Below, in pieces: positions 7,588-13,854 of a stretch of 13,970 nt of DNA. The translations under genes and the position numbers were made by a program. Origin of the DNA: a virus; the UHGV virus genome UHGV-0254771. One strand, given 5' to 3'. A model generated the notes under the pieces. It did no database searches. It had not been told where the DNA came from and saw only the letters and a list, made by a program, of their open reading frames with translations. Each line of letters begins with the position of its first letter. Positions within the stretch are counted from its first letter, which is position 1.

Positions 7588-8300
7588 CACCGCTGCCAAC
7601 CAATAACCTGAAATAACCCCATTTTCGGGTGATACCAGCGAGTCCCTCGCGGTTCTGCTTCCTCCATAACCCGATAAAAAGCAGCCATAAACGGTTCCAC
7701 AGCAACAATTGCGCGACGTGACAACAATCCGTCCGGCGTCATGAACTCATGGGTGTCTGTAGGAATCTGATAGGCGTTCACCAGATTGCGGCATTTATCA
7801 TCTGACAAACCGGTTTTTGCTTTCAGTTGGCGATATCCGGCATAGCCCTCACGAATAGTGCCCTTTTTAATTTGCTCGACTGTTTCAGCAACGTGGCTGA
7901 CTTTTTCTTCCACCTGAGTGATCCGTTTCTGCTGACGAACTGCTTCAAGAGCCATCGCGGCAACCATTTCGATTTCGCTCATTGGCTTACGGATCTGTTC
8001 TTCCAGTTCGCGCCAGCGATCTACCAGGCGAGCAGTGAATTCAGGACAGAGCTGTGCGACGACAATGATGCTGTCGCGCTTACCTTGTTCTCCTTCAAAC
8101 AGGTAATGCTCATATTGAACTTTAAAACCTAAGTTATTGATTCTTTCGGAAACCTCAATTTGAGGAGACCGGACAACGCCACCTTTGGCTAATGTTTCAA
8201 TAGTGCGTTTCACATTGTCATGACGTTTACCCACCAGCTCTGCGATCTCAACGCTGGTCATGGATGCTTTGTCGTTAAAAATTGCGGTGTTCACTGCCAT
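7587..8300 (-). CDS. Rha-family phage regulatory / antirepressor-like protein with a divergent C-terminal domain (ORF6C-like)
   Basis: N-terminal MAVNTAIFNDKASMTSVEIAELVGKRHDNVKRTIETLAKGG carries the Rha-type KRHDNV signature; the C-terminal half is unrelated to the 6627..7178 paralog. Start is uncertain: ATG at 8300 has AAGGAG directly adjacent, GTG at 8294 has ideal 6-nt spacing, and the ORF track starts at 8336. Confidence 0.7.
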   Translation of the reverse strand: MAVNTAIFNDKASMTSVEIAELVGKRHDNVKRTIETLAKGGVVRSPQIEVSERINNLGFKVQYEHYLFEGEQGKRDSIIVVAQLCPEFTARLVDRWRELEEQIRKPMSEIEMVAAMALEAVRQQKRITQVEEKVSHVAETVEQIKKGTIREGYAGYRQLKAKTGLSDDKCRNLVNAYQIPTDTHEFMTPDGLLSRRAIVAVEPFMAAFYRVMEEAEPRGTRWYHPKMGLFQVIGWQR

Positions 8301-8413
8301 CTCCTTACGGATAAATTCTTTTAAGATTCCGCACATTCGTATTTATTGGTGCCGAACCTTCCTTCAGTTATCCTTTTGATCCCTATAAACAAAAGAACCA
8401 AAGGAGGTTCGAC

Positions 8414-8707
8414 ATGAAAGTTCAGGCCGTTGGTTTATTCTGGTTTCGCGATGCGATTCAGTATCATGAGCTCAAAAATATTTTTACTGATGCTGATGTG
8501 CTCTCCGACAGTTACACCGAGTGGAAACACGACGCTGAAAAATTGATTAAGCGTGTCGAAAGAAGCGGGCAACGAGTTATTAAAGTTGAAGCGGATACAG
8601 CCGAGTTCATCACCTGGTGTACAAGCGAAGGCATTGGAATCAATGCCGAAGGTAGAATGCAGTTCGCATCCTTTAAGGCTTACCAACAACTTCTCAGCGA
8701 ACGCTAA
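8414..8707 (+). CDS. Hypothetical protein (97 aa) encoded convergently to cro, inside the early-right operon
   Basis: Textbook RBS AAAGGAGGTTCGAC-ATG (AGGAGG at 8402..8407). Balanced charged composition and E. coli-like codon choice. Followed by a GC-rich hairpin (8714..8738) and T-rich tail. A minus-strand ORF (8435..8767) overlaps it entirely but looks like a shadow frame. Confidence 0.6.
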   Translation: MKVQAVGLFWFRDAIQYHELKNIFTDADVLSDSYTEWKHDAEKLIKRVERSGQRVIKVEADTAEFITWCTSEGIGINAEGRMQFASFKAYQQLLSER

Positions 8708-8713
8708 TGTGAT

Positions 8714-8746
8714 TGGGGCAATCGAAATGGTTGCCCCATCGTATTT
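8714..8746 (+). terminator. Probable terminator hairpin for the 8414..8707 gene
   Basis: TGGGGCAA (8714..8721) pairs with TTGCCCCA (8731..8738), 9-nt loop, followed by TCGTATTT and further T-rich sequence. The U tract is interrupted, so strength is uncertain. Confidence 0.4.
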
Positions 8747-8777
8747 AATAGTTATTTTTTCGCTCATATCACCACCA

Positions 8778-9050
8778 TCACTTCTCGTCCTCTGTGTGCG
8801 CTAAGCTTGGATTTGAAATTTTGCGTAACGAATCAGGAATTCCATCTTCAGGGTGAGGATAAAGATCTGGCCTTAAGCCATGTGGCGTGACCTTCCATGC
8901 AACTACTTCACATACGCGTAAAACGAAACGAGCAGGAATTGTGTTTTTTGAAAACCACTGATTCACCGCTTGCGGCGTCACACCAAGATTTCGCGCTATG
9001 GCATTTTGCGCAATTAATGCACGAAGTTTGTCGTAATCATTTCCTTTCAT
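8778..9050 (-). CDS. cro: Cro-like small HTH regulator (90 aa)
   Basis: Divergent from the CI-like repressor across an operator-rich intergenic region. Helix-turn-helix ...ALIAQNAIARNLGVTPQAVNQWFSK... Symbol given as functional analogy to lambda cro. Confidence 0.75.
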   Translation of the reverse strand: MKGNDYDKLRALIAQNAIARNLGVTPQAVNQWFSKNTIPARFVLRVCEVVAWKVTPHGLRPDLYPHPEDGIPDSLRKISNPSLAHTEDEK

Positions 9051-9183
9051 AACAAAGCACCAACATTAACTTTATAAATCAAGAATACATCAAGTTTAAA
9101 TTAACATGCAAGTTGCAAAAGGATCGAATACACTAAAATCAAGTAAAGATTTATCCTTGTAAAGAAACCCACAGGATTTGGTC
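9051..9183. promoter_or_regulatory. Divergent immunity control region (pR/pRM-type promoters and operators) between cro and cI
   Basis: 133-bp AT-rich intergenic region between divergent HTH genes. ATCAAG recurs at 9078..9083, 9089..9094 and 9138..9143 with TTATAA/TTTAAA cores; the same half-site occurs as a palindrome near the pL-like promoter. Exact -35/-10 boxes could not be assigned by eye. Confidence 0.6.
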
Positions 9184-9873
9184 ATGAAGAACGTCAAAAA
9201 CACGGAAAATCGAATAGCCGCGATGCTGAAAGCAAAAGGATGGACTCAGGCTCAACTGGCCCGCAAGTTAGGTGTGAGTGCGCAATCAGTGCAGTACTGG
9301 ACAACAGGAAAAACATTTCCACGGAGTGATAAGCTCGCGCATTTATCCGAGATTAGCGGTTATCCACAATCCTGGTTCTTAGGTGAAGACTCCTCACCAA
9401 CCTTTTCCTCGCAAGAGAAACACCAGACAAGAACAGATAGCGTCGTGTTTAATGTCCTTGATGTTGAGTTTAGTTGCGGTGATGGAACTCATGTCCGTGG
9501 TGACTTGATAGATGTAGTGCGCTCAATAGAACTTGATCCTGAATATGCCCGACGCCTTGTTGGAAATCGGGCATTCAAAAATATAGAAATAGGTAACGCC
9601 AGAGGAGACAGTATGGCTCCCACAATCTCACCTGGCGACCTTCTTTTTCTTGATAAGACAGTAACTTATTTTGATGGCGATGGCATTTATGCATTTTGTT
9701 TTGATGGAGAATGCTACGTGAAAAGACTTCAAAAAATTGGAAGCAAAATCATGGTGTTATCTGATAACCCCAATTATCAACCATGGAGCATCGAAAAAGA
9801 GGGGTTAGCTCTGCTTTATATCCAGTCTAAAGTGATCTCATCAGTACCATTCAATATAAACAGATTTGGTTAG
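9184..9873 (+). CDS. cI: CI-type prophage repressor: N-terminal XRE-family HTH plus C-terminal S24 (LexA-like) autopeptidase domain
   Basis: HTH ...WTQAQLARKLGVSAQSVQYW...; C-terminal GDSMAPT (Ser nucleophile) and downstream VKRL (Lys) match the S24 autocleavage dyad. ATG at 9184 has AGGA about 7 nt upstream (track starts at a TTG, 9178). Followed by a strong terminator. Symbol is by analogy. Confidence 0.9.
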   Translation: MKNVKNTENRIAAMLKAKGWTQAQLARKLGVSAQSVQYWTTGKTFPRSDKLAHLSEISGYPQSWFLGEDSSPTFSSQEKHQTRTDSVVFNVLDVEFSCGDGTHVRGDLIDVVRSIELDPEYARRLVGNRAFKNIEIGNARGDSMAPTISPGDLLFLDKTVTYFDGDGIYAFCFDGECYVKRLQKIGSKIMVLSDNPNYQPWSIEKEGLALLYIQSKVISSVPFNINRFG

Positions 9874-9885
9874 TCTTTGATTTTA

Positions 9886-9906
9886 ACGGGCTTTGCCCGT
9901 TTTTTT
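9886..9906 (+). terminator. Intrinsic terminator downstream of the repressor gene
   Basis: ACGGGC (9886..9891), TTT loop, GCCCGT (9895..9900), followed by six T (9901..9906), starting 13 bp after the cI stop codon. Confidence 0.8.
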
Positions 9907-9936
9907 CTGCCTAAAACACACGATATCAATTTTTTC

Positions 9937-9988
9937 TTGACAGCCTATTTCTCAAAGCATAATATCGCGCCATCAATTATAACTTGAT
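9937..9988 (+). promoter_or_regulatory. pL-like early-left promoter with a 17-bp palindromic operator
   Basis: TTGACA at 9937..9942; -10 candidates CATAAT (9958..9963, 15-nt spacer) or TAATAT (9960..9965, 17-nt spacer). Palindrome ATCAATTATAACTTGAT at 9972..9988 shares the ATCAA(G/T) half-site with the cro-cI region. Sits between the cI terminator and the first early-left gene. Confidence 0.5.
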
Positions 9989-10018
9989 TAAATTCAATTT
10001 AAAATTGTTGGTGGGTAT

Positions 10019-10567
10019 ATGAAGACACTAAAAGCAACTCCAGAAACAACTAATTTTATCAACTGCGGCTGTGTTACGCTTGAAGGCTTAGAACTTGATT
10101 CCTTTGCATTAAATATTGCAAATTTGCTAAGTGCTGTACGCACATTCCATCTTCTGGATTGTGCTCGCTCAAAGGAACTGGGCATTGAGGTAATGGAATT
10201 TATCCATGAATATGCCCTATCTGCGGCTTCTCCTGCACAACAAAAACAATCCTTCCCTAAAAGCTGGCTGGTTAACCTTCGCACCCAACGCGAAGCCTGC
10301 GGCTTAACAACCGCCGAACTCGCCAGGCTGCTCGATCTCGATGAAGAAATCATCATTCAGTGGGAGAGCGGAGAGTATGAACCAACCATCAGTATGCTTA
10401 TCCCACTGGCAAATATTCTTGGCTGCGATCCGATGTGGCTGTTAACTGGCGAGGTTACTCCTCCGGAGCAACCAAAAAGTGAGGAGCAGCAACACCATGA
10501 CGCATCTCAACAAGTTTGCCCCTTATCTCGCGAAGCTCTTCTGCGGAAGAACCAATACCAATGGTGA
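10019..10567 (+). CDS. Hypothetical protein (182 aa) with a C-terminal XRE-family helix-turn-helix domain; first gene after the pL-like promoter
   Basis: C-terminal region ...LRTQREACGLTTAELARLLDLDEEIIIQWESGEYEPTISMLIPLANILGCDPMWLLTGE is a clear HTH_3/XRE-type motif. N-terminal 85 aa are unrecognised. SD is weak (GGTGGG 3 nt from the ATG). The 3' end overlaps two alternative small ORFs, so the C-terminal extent is uncertain. Confidence 0.55.
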   Translation: MKTLKATPETTNFINCGCVTLEGLELDSFALNIANLLSAVRTFHLLDCARSKELGIEVMEFIHEYALSAASPAQQKQSFPKSWLVNLRTQREACGLTTAELARLLDLDEEIIIQWESGEYEPTISMLIPLANILGCDPMWLLTGEVTPPEQPKSEEQQHHDASQQVCPLSREALLRKNQYQW

Positions 10568-10695
10568 CATAATCGCCGCTTCGCCCTTCAAGGTACATGC
10601 GAACATTTTTATCAATCATTGCGGAAACAGTCTCAATATGAAAACACTTCTGAGACTCGCTATATAGCAGAACATATAAGTCAGCTGAGGAAGCC

Positions 10696-11061
10696 ATGAA
10701 AAAGTTCGAAAACATAACTGTTCTCCATGTTGATGACTTTGATTATACAAACCCGGAACTTCTCCCGGAGGTTGTAAAGGCAATAGATGTTGCCGATATA
10801 GTGATTAGAGAAAAGAGAATTGTCAAAAACAGGCTCGCATGCACTTCAGGAGCAATGACAGAAACAACCTCACAGCAAGATAATTACGAAGGCATTTGCC
10901 TGGAGCCTGATTCATTTGCAATAAATGTTTATCATTTATTGCATGCAACACAGGTATTACATATGTCCAGTAATCACGAAACGAAAACACTCGGCAGCGA
11001 AATTCTGAATTTTGCATGTGAGTATACAAAAGCTGCTGCCGAAAAAGAATTAGCGCAATAA
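10696..11061 (+). CDS. Hypothetical protein (121 aa), AT-rich accessory gene
   Basis: ORF with GAGGAA about 5 nt upstream of the ATG. No motif recognised. Its start overlaps the start of a minus-strand ORF at a CATG palindrome. Confidence 0.55.
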   Translation: MKKFENITVLHVDDFDYTNPELLPEVVKAIDVADIVIREKRIVKNRLACTSGAMTETTSQQDNYEGICLEPDSFAINVYHLLHATQVLHMSSNHETKTLGSEILNFACEYTKAAAEKELAQ

Positions 11062-11139
11062 CAACAAATATGCCCTGAACGTTTATTGCGGTTTTATCGC
11101 CGGGGATTGTTACAACCTTAATCCACAGGAGGCTTTATT

Positions 11140-11253
11140 GTGACTTTTATAAAGAATATGGCATCACACAAGACCGCCTGCCTTATTGCACAATACGGTG
11201 AAAATTACATGCATATTGCCTGCTTATTTCTGCGTAAAGCATACGGGAGATAA
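11140..11253 (+). CDS. Candidate small ORF (37 codons, GTG start), below the ORF-track size cutoff and translationally coupled to the next gene
   Basis: AGGAGG at 11127..11132 followed 7 nt later by GTG (11140); reading frame VTFIKNMASHKTACLIAQYGENYMHIACLFLRKAYGR with stop TAA at 11251..11253, 2 nt before the ATG at 11256. The SD of the downstream gene lies inside its 3' end. No homology evidence. Confidence 0.3.
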   Translation: MTFIKNMASHKTACLIAQYGENYMHIACLFLRKAYGR

Positions 11254-11255
11254 TA

Positions 11256-11456
11256 ATGCATCAGAAAACAGCAGAACACGAACAAACCAGAGTATTGCTG
11301 ACCATCAAAAACGGGAAAGTAATATTCATTCGCCATGTTCATGACGATGAACTTGTAGGAACTCTTTCAACATTCCTGTTTATTGCAGAAAGGGCAGGAT
11401 ATGACGTTATTGCACCAGCAGATGAAGATGAAGATGAAGATGAAGATGAGGAATAA
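11256..11456 (+). CDS. Small protein (66 aa) with a poly-acidic C-terminal tail (DEDEDEDEDEE)
   Basis: ORF with GGGAGA 5 nt upstream of the ATG. C-terminus is encoded by a (GATGAA)n hexamer repeat. Compact N-terminal domain of about 50 aa. No family recognised. Confidence 0.55.
   Translation: MHQKTAEHEQTRVLLTIKNGKVIFIRHVHDDELVGTLSTFLFIAERAGYDVIAPADEDEDEDEDEE
11421..11450. repeat. Hexanucleotide tandem repeat (GATGAA x4 plus GATGAG) encoding the acidic tail
   Basis: 11421..11444 is four perfect GATGAA units, followed by GATGAG (11445..11450). In-frame, so copy-number change would lengthen or shorten the tail without a frameshift. Confidence 0.9.
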
Positions 11457-11461
11457 ATATC

Positions 11462-12043
11462 ATGCAATACGATGAATTCCAGGCTGAAGCAACAGCCAAT
11501 GGTATACGAACTGGCAGTATGACGATTGATTATCACGACGCCATACGTCGTCTGGATGCCGGAGAATTCGATACTCCTAATGTGCGAGGTTTACGTATCC
11601 TTCAGTGTCTGGCGCAAGCCGACGAAGCAGGATTACTGGGTAAACTTCCGGTTGAGATGAAGGTTGCTCAGTGGCGATGGTTGTATGTGACGACATTCAT
11701 CAACGAAGAAGAAGACAAGAACGGCACAATTGATATCCTGAATGAACACGGAACAACTGAACACGCCGTGGTATATAACGGGATGTATGGGTTTATGACG
11801 ATATATCCCGGCCCCATTCGATTTGCCTTACAACAGTATATTGAATGGAATTTAATTCAAAAATACGGCGAAGCTGAAGGAATGGGAAGAGCGCTGTTTC
11901 TTTATCAGAAAATGCTCACTACTTCCCCTGATAAAGGTTTCATTCTTTCAGATATGGGTCGAGAAGGGCTTGAAATCCTTCTGGATGAAATTATTAACGA
12001 AATGAATACTCATGGCATGCAATCCGAAACAGATATTAAGTAA
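11462..12043 (+). CDS. Hypothetical protein (193 aa)
   Basis: ORF starting 5 nt after the previous stop, with GAGGAA upstream. Protein-like composition; no motif recognised. Confidence 0.6.
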   Translation: MQYDEFQAEATANGIRTGSMTIDYHDAIRRLDAGEFDTPNVRGLRILQCLAQADEAGLLGKLPVEMKVAQWRWLYVTTFINEEEDKNGTIDILNEHGTTEHAVVYNGMYGFMTIYPGPIRFALQQYIEWNLIQKYGEAEGMGRALFLYQKMLTTSPDKGFILSDMGREGLEILLDEIINEMNTHGMQSETDIK

Positions 12044-12053
12044 AAGGGACCAC

Positions 12054-12302
12054 ATGACCGTTATCGAGTATATCCAGGAAAATCCAGATTGCAGTAGAGA
12101 AGATATATCCCTCGCACTTGGAAGAAGCGCAACTTCTATCAGTAATGAATTATCACGGTTATTGTGGAATGGGTTAATAGTACGAACTGGAGAAAAAAAC
12201 AAAATGATTCTGTACTGCGTAAACAATCTGCCGTTTGGATACAGCAATCCCCTAAGTGTTATGTTCAACCAGTTACTTAAACAGGTAAGAAATGGCAACT
12301 GA
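12054..12302 (+). CDS. Small winged-helix-like DNA-binding protein (82 aa)
   Basis: ATG at 12054 with AAGGGA 4 nt upstream (the track's longer ORF from 12012 overlaps the previous gene). Segment ...CSREDISLALGRSATSISNELSRLLWNGLIVRTGEKNKMILY... resembles an HTH followed by a beta-hairpin wing. Confidence 0.55.
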   Translation: MTVIEYIQENPDCSREDISLALGRSATSISNELSRLLWNGLIVRTGEKNKMILYCVNNLPFGYSNPLSVMFNQLLKQVRNGN

Positions 12303-12582
12303 CTCACAACTAACCATAGAAACGGCCCTGAATGTCGGCCTGGCGCTCCTTGGTTATTTTTACATCGTGTTCTGCAGCGGACGGTGGCTGTCGCTGTTGT
12401 TCCTGAAAAAATGGAATAAACGCCGTAAGCAGGATGAACGCCAGAAGGCATTAGAAGCGTTCTATGACGCATTTGAGCTTAGCCGCATTGAACCAGGTAC
12501 AACAGCCAGGATAGCGACAAAAGGCGACCTGATGATAGTGATGTTCCGACAGGAGAGAGCAGAGAAAGGGGAATCAGCATGA
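12292..12582 (+). CDS. Small predicted membrane protein (96 aa)
   Basis: Hydrophobic segment ...VGLALLGYFYIVFCSGRWLSLLFL... followed by a basic/charged tail. Start overlaps the previous gene by 11 bp; stop overlaps the next gene start (ATGA at 12579..12582). Confidence 0.5.
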   Translation: MATDSQLTIETALNVGLALLGYFYIVFCSGRWLSLLFLKKWNKRRKQDERQKALEAFYDAFELSRIEPGTTARIATKGDLMIVMFRQERAEKGESA

Positions 12583-13319
12583 AATTTTCCAAATTTTCTG
12601 AGTTGGTGAATCGTATTTTGTCCAACAACCACAGCCATCGTCGCGATATGGATGTAACGATCGTTGTTCATTCGCCTGGCAGCATTGGTTCAACACCCTC
12701 AGTTGAAGTTCAGTCAATTCACGCTGGTTTTGATTGGGATTCCGGGAAAGTGCTGATTTTCCCAGCACAGCCACTGACCACTCTAACACCAGAACAGATT
12801 ACTGATATTACTGATAGTGTGCGCAAAGGTCAGTCCTGGCACGCATATCAGGAATACAAGAAGCATAAAGAGCAGTTGGAAAAATTATCGATTGAACTTG
12901 ATGCCGCAAAACAGCGCATTGCAGAGCTGGAGGGTAATTTCACGGCGCTGGCAGCGGAGAATGCGGGAATAAAGTCTGCAATTCCAGAATCACGGGATAT
13001 TGAAGATGACAATGACAATATGGATGACGTATCTCTCGCGGAAGACTTCGGGTTCAATCATGCAATAGAACGGATGAGGAGACAGATACCTGAAACGCCA
13101 ACCACTGATGCTTTCCTGGCTGAAGTCCGGGCGCAGGGGGTGGATGCTGCTATAGAAGCTGCAAAAAATCTGGTGGCCCAAGAATATGAGTATAAGGATT
13201 TCAAAGCGGCGCAGAGTGATTGCTGTATGTACCCTGGTTCAGACCTGGTAGGGAAGGTTGAAATGACTGAGTGGTTAGTTGACTTTGCTGCCCAGCTTCG
13301 CAAAGGAGGCAACCAGTGA
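12579..13319 (+). CDS. Hypothetical protein (246 aa) with a central coiled-coil and acidic segment
   Basis: ORF with AAAGGGGAA upstream. Central ...KEQLEKLSIELDAAKQRIAELEGNFTALAAENAGIK... is coiled-coil-like, followed by DIEDDNDNMDD. Overlaps the next gene start at 13316..13319. Confidence 0.6.
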   Translation: MKFSKFSELVNRILSNNHSHRRDMDVTIVVHSPGSIGSTPSVEVQSIHAGFDWDSGKVLIFPAQPLTTLTPEQITDITDSVRKGQSWHAYQEYKKHKEQLEKLSIELDAAKQRIAELEGNFTALAAENAGIKSAIPESRDIEDDNDNMDDVSLAEDFGFNHAIERMRRQIPETPTTDAFLAEVRAQGVDAAIEAAKNLVAQEYEYKDFKAAQSDCCMYPGSDLVGKVEMTEWLVDFAAQLRKGGNQ

Positions 13320-13852
13320 GCGAAATTAATTACCAGTCACTGCGTGAGGTGGCGGAACGTGCAATTCCAGCAATGGAACGCCTGTTAATGTTGCCAGCTG
13401 ATGATGATTTGTTAAGTGAACAGGAACTTAAAGATTACGGTGTGGATATTGATGCGCTCAATGCCTTCAAATTTCTGACCGGACCAGAAACCGTGCTGGC
13501 ACTACTGGATGAACGGGAAAGAAACCAGCAATACATCAAACGCCGCGACCAGGAGAACGAGGATATTGCGCTTACGGTTGGGAAGCTGCGCGTTGAGCTT
13601 GAAGCAGCAAAATCAAAACTCAACGAGCAGCGCGAGTATTACGAGGGAGTTATCTCTGATGGGTGCAAGCGTATTGCTGAACTGGAAGCGCGGGAAGTTC
13701 AATTACCGACTCGCTACGACCTTCGATATGGACACCCGATAAATGCAGATGAGCGACAAGTCATGATACCTAAAGAAAATGGCAGTTGGCTTTACCTGAT
13801 TGACCTAGAACACGCATTACGCGTCGCTGACATTGGCATCAAAGGAGAGTGA
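13316..13852 (+). CDS. Ead/Ea22-like early protein (178 aa)
   Basis: GTG start at 13316 with AAAGGAGG upstream. Sequence MSEINYQSLREVAE...LLDERERNQQYIKRRDQENEDIALTVGKLRVELEAAKSKLNEQREYYEGVISDG...IGIKGE matches what I recall of lambda Ea22 and its prophage homologs. Confidence 0.65.
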   Translation: MSEINYQSLREVAERAIPAMERLLMLPADDDLLSEQELKDYGVDIDALNAFKFLTGPETVLALLDERERNQQYIKRRDQENEDIALTVGKLRVELEAAKSKLNEQREYYEGVISDGCKRIAELEAREVQLPTRYDLRYGHPINADERQVMIPKENGSWLYLIDLEHALRVADIGIKGE

Positions 13853-13854
13853 GA

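Noticed and set aside
8435-8767. Minus-strand 110-aa ORF starting 10 bp after the cro stop
   Set aside because: Overlaps the plus-strand gene 8414..8707 almost entirely; the plus frame has the stronger RBS and more protein-like composition, whereas this frame is hydrophobic and Ser-rich with only a weak GGTGG upstream. Kept as an alternative in a finding, not annotated.
9051-10018. Search for an N-type antiterminator and nut sites (boxA / boxB) near the early promoters
   Set aside because: No arginine-rich small ORF and no boxA-like CGCTCTTA with an adjacent boxB hairpin were found. Absence judged by eye cannot exclude divergent elements, so nothing was annotated.
9994-10356. Minus-strand 120-aa ORF across the pL region and the start of the HTH gene
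   Set aside because: Serine-rich low-complexity translation with no RBS; it runs antisense through the promoter and the HTH-coding region.
11339-12472. Minus-strand ORFs 11339..11536 and 11948..12472
   Set aside because: Antisense to well-supported plus-strand genes. The first is a poly-Ser reading of the GAA/GAT repeat; the second has no RBS and junk-like composition.
12848-13623. Minus-strand ORFs antisense to the 246-aa and Ea22-like genes (12848..13057, 12990..13181, 13058..13312, 13435..13623)
   Set aside because: Shadow ORFs within coding sequence; Ser/Ala-rich, no RBS, inconsistent with the operon direction.
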